Shown: positions 8,119 through 16,024, counted from the first letter of the stretch. The stretch is 32,000 nucleotides of DNA from Tepidanaerobacteraceae bacterium (GCA_030446005.1 JASUSP010000017.1:5013-37012); one strand, 5' to 3'. The notes: a model not told the origin generated them from the letters alone. Program-made: numbers and translations.

Positions 8119-9357
8119 ATGGAAGGCAGAAAAACCTTATGGCAAAAACTTAAAAATATTGGTCCGGGGGCGATAGTCGTAGCTGCTTTCATAGGTCCCG
8201 GTACCGTAACTACTTGTACCTTAGCTGGCGTCAATTACAAGTTTGCACTCCTTTGGGCTATGCTCTTTTCAACAATAGCAACCATAATCCTCCAGGAAAT
8301 GTCAGCTCGCATAGGAATAGTGGCTAATAAAGGCCTGGGAAGTACAATCAGGGAAGCTTTTGAGGAAAATCCGACGGTAAAAGTTATAGTAATAGCTCTT
8401 GTCATAGCAGCCCTAGGAATCGGAAACTCCGCTTTCCAAAGCGGCAATATCAGCGGAGCTTCTATGGGATTACAGGTCATACTCGGGGGCTCTAAACAAC
8501 TCTTTGTTGTGTTGATTGCTTTAGTTGCAAGCATCCTCCTCTGGACCGGAAGTTATAAGCTCATTGAAAAAGTACTTCTTGCAATAGTCATAATGATGAG
8601 CATTGTTTTTATAGCCACAGCAGTAATAATTTCACCGAATTGGAGTGAAGTTATAAGAGGGCTTTTCGTCCCTACGATCCCTCAAGGTGCGCTTTTGGTA
8701 ACTTTAGGCCTTATAGGTACTACCGTTGTTCCGTATAACTTATACCTGCACTCTTCCGCAGCAGTAGAGCGCTGGGGAGGCTATAAAGACAAAAAAGAAG
8801 CTATTTCGGAATCCAGATTAGATGCGATAATCTCTATAGGTTTAGGCGGATTGATTTCCATGGCAGTAATAATCACATCATCCTCTATGTTTGGGACAGG
8901 CGTACAAATTAAATCTGGAGCTGACATGGCACGTCAGCTAGAGCCCCTTCTAGGGCCATGGGCAAAGTGGTTCTTTGCTTTAGGGCTTTTTGGTGCCGGA
9001 ATATCGTCGGCAATGACCGCACCTTTGGCGGCAGCTTATGCTATTACGGGTATATTGGGGTTAAAGAGTGACTTAAAGGCAAATTACTTCCGCGCTATCT
9101 GGCTAATCGTAATATTGATTGGTGCTACAGTAGCTTTTATAGGGGCAAACCCGGTTCAGGTAATAGTCTTCGCCCAAGCAGTCAACGGTATACTGCTACC
9201 AATTTCAGCAATACTTCTAATCCTAGTAATAAACAACAAAAAGATAATGAAGGATTTCGTCAATACAACCGTATCAAACATACTCGGATATTTTGTAGTA
9301 GCAGTAACAGTAGTCCTAGGCTTGAGAATGATCTTAGTCGCCTTAAAAATAATATAA
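8119..9357 (+). CDS. Nramp-fold (YcsG-like) transporter lacking the canonical metal-binding residues
   Basis: 412 aa. NIGPGAIVVAAFIGPGTVTT...LLWAMLFS..ILQEMSARIGI aligns with Nramp TM1-TM2. TTVVPYNLYLHSSA aligns with TM6. AAGGAGG RBS 6 nt upstream of the ATG. Confidence 0.85.
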   Translation: MEGRKTLWQKLKNIGPGAIVVAAFIGPGTVTTCTLAGVNYKFALLWAMLFSTIATIILQEMSARIGIVANKGLGSTIREAFEENPTVKVIVIALVIAALGIGNSAFQSGNISGASMGLQVILGGSKQLFVVLIALVASILLWTGSYKLIEKVLLAIVIMMSIVFIATAVIISPNWSEVIRGLFVPTIPQGALLVTLGLIGTTVVPYNLYLHSSAAVERWGGYKDKKEAISESRLDAIISIGLGGLISMAVIITSSSMFGTGVQIKSGADMARQLEPLLGPWAKWFFALGLFGAGISSAMTAPLAAAYAITGILGLKSDLKANYFRAIWLIVILIGATVAFIGANPVQVIVFAQAVNGILLPISAILLILVINNKKIMKDFVNTTVSNILGYFVVAVTVVLGLRMILVALKII

Positions 9358-9374
9358 ATTTTTTACGATTTTTT

Positions 9375-9398
9375 GGGCCTTTACGGCCCTTTTCTTTT
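9375..9398 (+). terminator. Rho-independent terminator after the Nramp-like gene
   Basis: GGGCC-TTTAC-GGCCC hairpin followed by TTTTCTTTT. Confidence 0.7.
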
Positions 9399-9447
9399 GC
9401 ATTAAAATATTCCTATCGAACATGTATCTGCACAGGGTGATAAAACG

Positions 9448-10809
9448 ATGGAGAGGTCTCAAATTTTAATAGTAGATGACGAGCCATCAATATGTAGCGC
9501 CTTAAAAATGGCTCTTCAAGCAGAAGGTTATTCAGTCAAAACCGCTCTAAGCGGCAAAGAAGGGCTAAACATTCTAAAAAATCACTCTTACGATGCGGTC
9601 ATTCTAGATCTTCGCCTACCCGACATTGATGGAATGCAACTCATTGAAAAAATTAGAGAACTTGCCTATGATACTATAATTATCATAATCACTGCCTTTG
9701 GAGATACGAAGGCAGCAGTAGAAGCTGTAAAAAAAGGCGCCTACGATTTCATAACCAAACCATTTGACCTAACCGAAATCAAACTTTCTCTGGAAAGAGC
9801 ATTAAGAGAAAAAGCATTAAAGAGCGAGAATGAGCTTTTGAAATTAAAACAAGAAAGAACAGGATTCATAACCAGCGATAAAAGAATGCTTGAAATTTTA
9901 TCTCAAATTGATATTATCGCTCAATCAGATTCAAACGTTCTTATAGAAGGAGAAACTGGCACTGGAAAGGAACTCATTGCAAGGGTTATTCATGAGAAAA
10001 GCCGGCGGTCGTCTGGCCCTTTCGTGCCCATAAATTGCAGCGCTCTCCCTGCAAGTCTTTTCGAAAGCGAACTCTTCGGCTACGAGAAAAATGCCTTTAC
10101 AGGAGCAGGGGATAGGAAAAAGGGATTATTTGAACTTGCCAATAATGGCACCCTATTCCTCGACGAAGTAGGTGAATTACCCTTAGAGCTTCAATCCAAA
10201 TTACTTCGGGCTTTAGAAGAAAGAAAGATTAGAAGAGTAGGTGGTCTGTCATATATTCCTGTCAATGTCCGCATAATTTCAGCTACAAACAAAAACCTAA
10301 AGTATGAATCCGAACAGGGTAATTTCAGATCTGATCTTTATTTTCGCCTTTGCGTATTCAACATAAAGATCCCGCCCCTCCGGGAAAGAAAATCCGATAT
10401 AGTCCCACTTATAGAATACTATCGCAACTTTTTTAATAAACTTTTTAAAAAGAACATAAAATGTTTTTCTGAAGGCGCTGTCAGCATTCTTCAAAAATAC
10501 TCTTGGCCCGGTAATGTGAGGGAGCTTAAAAACATACTTGAGCGGGCTTTTATTCTTGCTCAAAAGGACATAATTACAGAGCGCGAATTGCCATCAGAAC
10601 TATTAGAACTAAAAGAAGGTGAAAATGCAAAATTTGAAATATCAACAACTAATTCCTTTATTCCCCTGGAAGAGTTGGAAAAAAGACATATAAAGGAGGC
10701 TCTTGAAAGAACCCAGTGGAACATAACTAAAGCTGCAGAACTTCTAGGCATAAGTCGCTTTGCCCTACAGCGCCGGATTAAAAAATATTTCGCTAATGAG
10801 AAAACTTAA
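9448..10809 (+). CDS. Sigma-54-dependent response regulator (REC + AAA+ sigma-54 interaction domain + Fis-type HTH), NtrC family
   Basis: Receiver domain DAVILDLRLPDIDG. Walker A GETGTGKE. GAFTGA-type loop EKNAFTGA. ESELFGYEK. C-terminal HTH NITKAAELLGISRFALQRRIKKY. Confidence 0.9.
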   Translation: MERSQILIVDDEPSICSALKMALQAEGYSVKTALSGKEGLNILKNHSYDAVILDLRLPDIDGMQLIEKIRELAYDTIIIIITAFGDTKAAVEAVKKGAYDFITKPFDLTEIKLSLERALREKALKSENELLKLKQERTGFITSDKRMLEILSQIDIIAQSDSNVLIEGETGTGKELIARVIHEKSRRSSGPFVPINCSALPASLFESELFGYEKNAFTGAGDRKKGLFELANNGTLFLDEVGELPLELQSKLLRALEERKIRRVGGLSYIPVNVRIISATNKNLKYESEQGNFRSDLYFRLCVFNIKIPPLRERKSDIVPLIEYYRNFFNKLFKKNIKCFSEGAVSILQKYSWPGNVRELKNILERAFILAQKDIITERELPSELLELKEGENAKFEISTTNSFIPLEELEKRHIKEALERTQWNITKAAELLGISRFALQRRIKKYFANEKT

Positions 10810-11492
10810 CCGACAAATTCTTCCAGTTTTTCTATCTGCTTTATCATAATTTTTTTCTGGCTTACTTCTATTATGCCTTCCTTCTTGAGTTTGTTTAGAC
10901 ACTTAGTTACTGTTACTCTATCGCATCCGATTAATTGAGCGATATTCTCGTGGGTCAAAGGTAAATCTATAATACGTCCGTCATCTAATACCTTGTTCTG
11001 CTGGCAACACAGTCTGAGCAATACATCGCAGAGCTTGCCCAATGAATCTTTAAATAAAAGGTCATAAAGCTGCATCATCAATATCCTGAACTTTCTACAC
11101 ATACTATGGGTTATATATTTATATGCTTCAGGGTTACTCTTTAAAATTCTTTCCAAATCTTTTTCAAACAACACAGAGATTTCACTATGTTCCATGGCTT
11201 GCCCCTCAATCATATCTTCTCCACCGCCTAAGTAAGCAAATTCCCCGAAAATTTCCCCTGGTTGGAGAAAATAAAGGATCTTTTCCCTTCCATTGTACCC
11301 AAAAACCGATTGTTTCACCCGGCCTTTAGTCACTATAGCTATATAAGCTTCACTGCTATTGATTTTTATTATCTCACCCTTTTTGTAAAATTTCTTCGAA
11401 CCTTGCTTGGCTAAATCAAGAAAAAAACTTCTCATCTTCTCTTGTCTTTTGATATCAAATATCTTTTCGTAATAATCTCTCATTTCTATCAA
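10806..11492 (-). CDS. Crp/Fnr family transcriptional regulator (cNMP-binding domain + HTH)
   Basis: 228 aa. The beta-roll region GEIFGEFAYLGG and the C-terminal HTH HENIAQLIGCDRVTVTKCLNKLKKEGII are typical. Its stop codon overlaps the stop codon of the convergent response-regulator gene. Confidence 0.85.
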   Translation of the reverse strand: MIEMRDYYEKIFDIKRQEKMRSFFLDLAKQGSKKFYKKGEIIKINSSEAYIAIVTKGRVKQSVFGYNGREKILYFLQPGEIFGEFAYLGGGEDMIEGQAMEHSEISVLFEKDLERILKSNPEAYKYITHSMCRKFRILMMQLYDLLFKDSLGKLCDVLLRLCCQQNKVLDDGRIIDLPLTHENIAQLIGCDRVTVTKCLNKLKKEGIIEVSQKKIMIKQIEKLEEFVG

Positions 11493-11544
11493 CCCTGAAT
11501 TTAGAATTTGACCTTTCTAGTTTATTTAAGTAATTATTGTAGAT

Positions 11545-11553
11545 ATTATAACA
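11545..11553 (-). promoter_or_regulatory. Candidate extended -10 promoter (TGTTATAAT) for the Crp/Fnr gene
   Basis: The minus strand reads TGTTATAAT directly after the pcp terminator, ~50 nt upstream of ATG 11492. No good -35 element. Confidence 0.35.
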
Positions 11554-11577
11554 AAAAAGCAGGTACTTAGCACCTGC
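11552..11577 (-). terminator. Rho-independent terminator after pcp
   Basis: The minus strand reads GCAGGT-GCTAAGT-ACCTGC followed by TTTTTTG. Confidence 0.7.
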
Positions 11578-11608
11578 TTTCACTATAATAAAGGTTGTTT
11601 TATTTTAA

Positions 11609-12214
11609 TTAAATTAAAATCGACTGCTCTATCGCTACTGTCAAAGCTTTTACAATCTCATTTAGCCCCATAGCCGGAGTGTTTTTCTTATCCACTACCT
11701 GTTCGAAAAGATAAGGCACGTGGATGAACCCTGCTTTCATGTGTGGCCTTTTTTTAGAAGCGTAATACAAAACACCGTACATCACGTGGTTGCAAACATA
11801 GGTACCTGCGGTATTCGAAACTTCTGCAGGAATTTTTTCCTTTTTTATGGCCTCCACAATCCTCTTTATAGGCAGGGTAGAAAAGTAGGCATTTTCTCCG
11901 TCGGGAAATATCGGCTGGTCTATAGGCTGATTACCTTCATTATCAGGTATTCGGGCGTCATCAACGTTGATTGCCACCCTCTCTACAGAAATGGCATATC
12001 TCCCTCCCGCCTGACCTACACAAATTACCACATCCGGATTTTCTTTTTCGATTTCGCTAAATAATACATCGAGGCTCTTTCTAAAAACCGTAGGGAGTTC
12101 CCTAACCACCACCTGTGCACCATTTATTTCTTTTGGAAGGAGTTTTACCGCTTCCAGAGCTGGATTTACCTTTTCTCCACCAAATGGTTCAAATCCCGTA
12201 ACAAGCACTTTCAC
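11609..12214 (-). CDS. pcp: Pyroglutamyl-peptidase I (pyrrolidone-carboxylate peptidase)
   Basis: 201 aa. [23 protein letters not shown], ...[10 protein letters not shown]...[17 protein letters not shown]...[12 protein letters not shown]. Contains the family's Glu/Cys/His catalytic context. Confidence 0.9.
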   Translation of the reverse strand: MKVLVTGFEPFGGEKVNPALEAVKLLPKEINGAQVVVRELPTVFRKSLDVLFSEIEKENPDVVICVGQAGGRYAISVERVAINVDDARIPDNEGNQPIDQPIFPDGENAYFSTLPIKRIVEAIKKEKIPAEVSNTAGTYVCNHVMYGVLYYASKKRPHMKAGFIHVPYLFEQVVDKKNTPAMGLNEIVKALTVAIEQSILI

Positions 12215-12232
12215 TGTTAATTCCCCTTTCTC

Positions 12233-13147
12233 TTAAAATGCAAGAACAAGCATAAGGATTATGTGAATTATAAGTAAAACTATTCCCACTGGAATCTGCT
12301 TTTTAATTATCATATACTTATCCTTCAATTCCAAAATTGACGCCGAAACTATATTAAAGTTTGCGGCCATAGGAGTCATAAGAGTGCCGCAGTATCCAGC
12401 GGTCATCGCAAGCGCTGCTGCGACAGCAGGATCTGCACCCTGATTCAGTACAAATGGTACCCCCACGCCAGCCGTTATGACTGCAAAAGCGGCAAAAGCA
12501 TTGCCCATTATAATGGTAAAAAGTGCCATTCCCACACAGTACGCAATGACCCCTAATGTTATGTTATCTGCTGGTAATATCGCACCTATCCCTCTTGATA
12601 TGACTTCTCCTACTCCTGCAGCATTAAATAGCGCTCCCAGAGCCGCTAACAGTTGAGGTAATATAGATGCAGGACCTACCTGATGAAGCAGCCTTGCACT
12701 TTCCCTAGTTGCTTCGTCAATTCTCGCACCTGTTGTGACAAAACTAATCAAAAGCGCAATTACAGCTCCTATTCCTAAACCGACAAGTCCCCCGAGCTTG
12801 GTAAATTGGGCTATTCCGAAGGCCGCCACTGCTATGGCTAATGCAGGGACAAAAAGTTTGTTTCCTATTTCGGCAGCTTTTTTCTCCTTAAATTCAGGAG
12901 AAGATGTAAAAAACTTCCCTACTCTGACCTGCTTGAAAGCAGCAAGGATCGCCATAACAAGTATCATCGCGCCGACAACGTTTTTGGGTATATACCTGCC
13001 GATAGTAAAAACTAAACCGAGGATAGCCCAAAAGAGCGAAGTTCCTATCCTGCACTCTTGTTCTTTTCCATTAAAAGCATAATACGCAGCGATAAAAGAT
13101 ATAATTCCACACATTACGTAAAGCAGTTCAAGAAGTATATTCTGCAT
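12233..13147 (-). CDS. DUF979 family membrane protein (putative 5-oxoproline transporter subunit)
   Basis: 304 aa polytopic protein immediately upstream of pcp and downstream of a DUF969 gene. This is the conserved pcp-DUF979-DUF969 arrangement as I recall it. Confidence 0.8.
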   Translation of the reverse strand: MQNILLELLYVMCGIISFIAAYYAFNGKEQECRIGTSLFWAILGLVFTIGRYIPKNVVGAMILVMAILAAFKQVRVGKFFTSSPEFKEKKAAEIGNKLFVPALAIAVAAFGIAQFTKLGGLVGLGIGAVIALLISFVTTGARIDEATRESARLLHQVGPASILPQLLAALGALFNAAGVGEVISRGIGAILPADNITLGVIAYCVGMALFTIIMGNAFAAFAVITAGVGVPFVLNQGADPAVAAALAMTAGYCGTLMTPMAANFNIVSASILELKDKYMIIKKQIPVGIVLLIIHIILMLVLAF

Positions 13148-13158
13148 AATTATACCCC

Positions 13159-13560
13159 CTATGCCATTTTTTTCTTACGGATAAGTTTTTTGTCATAATA
13201 CAAAAATTGAACTGCTGAAACAATAACTGCAATTACGGCAATTGGAATTGATGCTTTCGCAACGGCAAGGGCCTCAACATTAAATCCAAGTTCTTTTAAT
13301 ACCCCAATAATAAGGAGTACTCCACCAGACGCCACAAAGACGTTCTGTCCGTAGAAGTTCCCATAATTTTCTGTAGCTCCCGCAAGCCCCTTTAATTCTT
13401 CAATGTCCTGTTCTTCTAATTCACCATAATTATTTTTTGCAGAACCTTCTGCCATAGGAAGGATTAAAGGTCTTATAAATTGCACGTGCCCACCTAACCT
13501 TAAACTCAATGCAGCAGCTAGCGTCCTGAGAGCGGTTTTTGAAATTAATTGTCTAGACAT
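13159..13560 (-). CDS. DUF969 family membrane protein, apparently the C-terminal ~60% only (possible 5' truncation)
   Basis: 133 aa. LRTLAAALSLRLGGHVQFIRPLILPMAEGSA matches the central conserved DUF969 block. No Shine-Dalgarno sequence precedes ATG 13560, and no further minus-strand ORF lies upstream. Confidence 0.65.
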   Translation of the reverse strand: MSRQLISKTALRTLAAALSLRLGGHVQFIRPLILPMAEGSAKNNYGELEEQDIEELKGLAGATENYGNFYGQNVFVASGGVLLIIGVLKELGFNVEALAVAKASIPIAVIAVIVSAVQFLYYDKKLIRKKKMA

Positions 13561-13602
13561 GCGAAAAGTAGAAAAGCAGAAAGTGATTTTAATTGAGAAT
13601 AA

Positions 13603-13611
13603 ATTATAGCA
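13603..13611 (-). promoter_or_regulatory. Candidate extended -10 promoter (TGCTATAAT) upstream of DUF969-DUF979-pcp
   Basis: The minus strand reads TGCTATAAT ~45 nt upstream of ATG 13560. The same 9-mer occurs at 14047-14055 on the plus strand. Confidence 0.35.
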
Positions 13612-13659
13612 TTATGAGAATAAAATTTATAGAGGCAACAAAACGAGGAGAGTGTTGTA

Positions 13660-13959
13660 ATGATTTCAAGAAACCAACTAAGAGGTATTACTTTTGGAGT
13701 TATCTGGTGTTTGATTTCATGGATTCCATATTACACGGACTATTTATCTATCTTTCGGCCAATTATAGGAATTCCTGCTTACCTAGGCCTTAATCTAGAA
13801 CTTTTGCTGAACAAAGGAGATTCTTTCGCTTACAGCATCTTAATAGGCGCCGGAATAGGATTTGTTATTAGTAGCCTTGTCGGATTTGCAAAAGATGGAA
13901 TCAAAATAATAGGACTTTTCCCGCGAAATAGGAAAAAGCTTTATAAAAGGGGCATTTAA
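13660..13959 (+). CDS. Hypothetical small membrane protein (99 aa)
   Basis: AGGAG sits 9 nt upstream of the ATG. Two or three hydrophobic helices (ITFGVIWCLISWI, ILIGAGIGFVISSLVGF). A weak hairpin plus T-run follows. No family recognised. Confidence 0.45.
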   Translation: MISRNQLRGITFGVIWCLISWIPYYTDYLSIFRPIIGIPAYLGLNLELLLNKGDSFAYSILIGAGIGFVISSLVGFAKDGIKIIGLFPRNRKKLYKRGI

Positions 13960-13977
13960 AAGCCCTTTTTTTGTTAA
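13945..13977 (+). terminator. Weak candidate terminator after the 99-aa ORF
   Basis: AAAAGGGGC-ATTTAAAA-GCCCTTTTTTT. The GC stem is short and has a bulge; the T-run is long. Confidence 0.4.
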
Positions 13978-14046
13978 GTTGTATCTATGAAAGATATAGC
14001 TAATAAGATTCGCATTACCAATTTAGTTTTAAAATGTCCAATATTA

Positions 14047-14055
14047 TGCTATAAT
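14047..14055 (+). promoter_or_regulatory. Candidate extended -10 promoter (TGCTATAAT) for the Na/Pi transporter gene
   Basis: TGCTATAAT with TTTAAA 17 nt upstream. The predicted transcription start near 14062 argues for the downstream TTG 14094 start codon. Confidence 0.4.
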
Positions 14056-14060
14056 TACTT

Positions 14061-15725
14061 GTGGTCAAAAAAATATTTTGGGAGTGGATATGCTTGAGTT
14101 TAGAGAATTCACTTACCCTTCTGGGAGGCCTTGGGCTTTTTATTTATGGTATGAAGCTTATGGGAGAAGGTTTGGAAAGAGCTGCTGGGGACAGGCTGCG
14201 TGTAATATTGGAATATTTTACTAGAAATCGGTTCATAGGAGTCCTTACAGGTACATTAGTAACTGCACTAGTACAAAGCAGCAGCGCCACCACAGTAATG
14301 GTAGTCGGACTTGTCAATGCACGTATAATGGACCTCATGCAAGCCAGCGGCGTTATAATGGGTGCAAATATAGGTACAACCATAACCGCCCAGCTCATAG
14401 CTTTTAAACTTACTAAACTCGCCCTTCCTGCAATCGGTTTGGGTACCGCCATTCATTTGTTTTCAAGAAATAAGCGCCAAAAATTTTTAGGCCAAGTAAT
14501 ACTCGGCTTCGGTCTTTTATTCTATGGAATGCAAACAATGGAGATTGCCTTAAAACCTCTCTCAAAAATGCCTGAATTTGTGAAATTCATGACTAACTTC
14601 AGTAAAACACCTATACTAGGCGTATTAGCGGGATTTATAACAACTGGCATAATTCAGAGCAGCAGTGCTACCATTGGGATCCTCCAGGCATTAGCAGCAC
14701 AAGGAATAGTAGATATTTCTATAGCTTTACCCATCTTATTTGGGGATAACATAGGCACATGCGTAACTGCCCTGCTTTCCAGCATAGGAACTAATGTCAC
14801 TGCCAAAAGAGCAGCACTTATTCATCTGCTTTTTAATATAATAGGTACGATAATATTCCTGCTCATTTTACCCATTTTCAAAATATTCATCGTCCACACT
14901 TCATTAGATCCCGTAAGACAAATCGCAAATGCCCATACCTTTTTTAACGTTGCAAATACGGCAATCCAGCTTCCCTTTGCTGCACTATTGGTCAAGATAG
15001 CAACGTACTTAATACCAGGCAAAATTGAAATCATAGAAAAAGGCACAAAATATATAGACGAAAGATTCCTTGAAACTCCTGTATTCGCTTTGACACAAGC
15101 AAGAAAAGAAATAGCCAGAATGGGAGAACTGGCATTGAAAAACCTTCAAGAAGCCATCAAACTCTTTATGAATTTCAGCGAAAATGAAACCAAGGTTCTC
15201 AGGGAAAGAGAAGTAGTGATAAATGATTTGGCAAGGGAAATTACCAGATATGTCTCACTTCTTTCGCAAAAGCCCTTATCTTCTGAAGAATCAAAGGCGA
15301 TTGCGGATATGATAAATGCCGTCAATGATATGGAACGGGTCGGCGACCACGATGTGAATATTTTGGAACTTGCCGAATACAAAGATGAACATAAACTTCC
15401 CTTCACAGACGAAGCTATAAAAGAGCTTCTAGAAATGGCATCTTTAGTTGAAGAAAGTTTCTCTTATGCAATAAATGCATTTCAGGACTTTGATTCAAAA
15501 CTTGCGGCTACAGTAGTTCAAAACGAAGATAAGATTGACTCTATGGATCGTAAACTGAGAGAAAATCACATAAGAAGACTCAATGAAGGAAAATGTAATC
15601 CGAGTTCCGGTGTCATTTACCTAGATTTAATAAGCAACCTTGAACGCATAGGCGATCATGCTTTCAATGTAGCGTCTTATATTCTAAAAATGGACAAACA
15701 TTATAAAAGACCAACCGTATGGTAA
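14061..15725 (+). CDS. Na/Pi cotransporter family protein with C-terminal PhoU-like repeats
   Basis: LLGGLGLFIYGMKLMGEGLE, two QSSSATT/QSSSATI repeats, and C-terminal ERVGDH / ERIGDH PhoU motifs. The true start may be TTG 14094 (GGGAGTGG upstream). Confidence 0.85.
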   Translation: MVKKIFWEWICLSLENSLTLLGGLGLFIYGMKLMGEGLERAAGDRLRVILEYFTRNRFIGVLTGTLVTALVQSSSATTVMVVGLVNARIMDLMQASGVIMGANIGTTITAQLIAFKLTKLALPAIGLGTAIHLFSRNKRQKFLGQVILGFGLLFYGMQTMEIALKPLSKMPEFVKFMTNFSKTPILGVLAGFITTGIIQSSSATIGILQALAAQGIVDISIALPILFGDNIGTCVTALLSSIGTNVTAKRAALIHLLFNIIGTIIFLLILPIFKIFIVHTSLDPVRQIANAHTFFNVANTAIQLPFAALLVKIATYLIPGKIEIIEKGTKYIDERFLETPVFALTQARKEIARMGELALKNLQEAIKLFMNFSENETKVLREREVVINDLAREITRYVSLLSQKPLSSEESKAIADMINAVNDMERVGDHDVNILELAEYKDEHKLPFTDEAIKELLEMASLVEESFSYAINAFQDFDSKLAATVVQNEDKIDSMDRKLRENHIRRLNEGKCNPSSGVIYLDLISNLERIGDHAFNVASYILKMDKHYKRPTVW

Positions 15726-15756
15726 AAAGGGCCGTTTTTAGTGCGCTGCCCTTTTG
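15724..15756 (+). terminator. Weak candidate terminator after the Na/Pi gene
   Basis: AAAAGGGC ... GCCCTTTT arms with a 15-nt loop. Confidence 0.3.
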
Positions 15757-15788
15757 GTTATAATATAATAATGGTTATAATATAATAA
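15755..15788. repeat. Perfect tandem duplication, 2 x 17 bp (TGGTTATAATATAATAA)
   Basis: Read directly: units at 15755-15771 and 15772-15788, in the convergent intergenic region. Confidence 0.9.
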
Positions 15789-15792
15789 AAAA

Positions 15793-15814
15793 GAGCAAGG
15801 TCTTAACCTTGCTC
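15793..15814. terminator. Bidirectional terminator hairpin (GAGCAAGGT-CTTA-ACCTTGCTC)
   Basis: 9-bp perfect stem flanked by A-runs upstream and T-runs downstream on both strands. The stop codon of the minus-strand zinc-ribbon ORF sits in the loop. Confidence 0.7.
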
Positions 15815-16024
15815 TTCTTTTGCATCTTCTAGATCCCCTTTTTCGCTAAATGACTCTTCTTCCACCACTTCTCTGCCGCAATAAGGACATTTCCATACTC
15901 TTAGATCTGCTGCAGAATAAGACCTTTTTAAACAGTAAGGACATACAGAGTATGGCAAAACAAACCCCCCATATTTTTTATGACTTTTAATTATTTTATA
16001 TAAAAGCTCCGCTTCGCTTCCCAA
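15803..16024 (-). CDS. Small zinc-ribbon protein with acidic C-terminal tail
   Basis: Two CPYC motifs (CPYC-X19-CPYC), then VVEEESFSEKGDLEDAKEEQG. The TTG 16024 start has no clear RBS. The alternative TTG 15958 (51 aa) is preceded by a GGGGGG run. Confidence 0.5.
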   Translation of the reverse strand: MGSEAELLYKIIKSHKKYGGFVLPYSVCPYCLKRSYSAADLRVWKCPYCGREVVEEESFSEKGDLEDAKEEQG

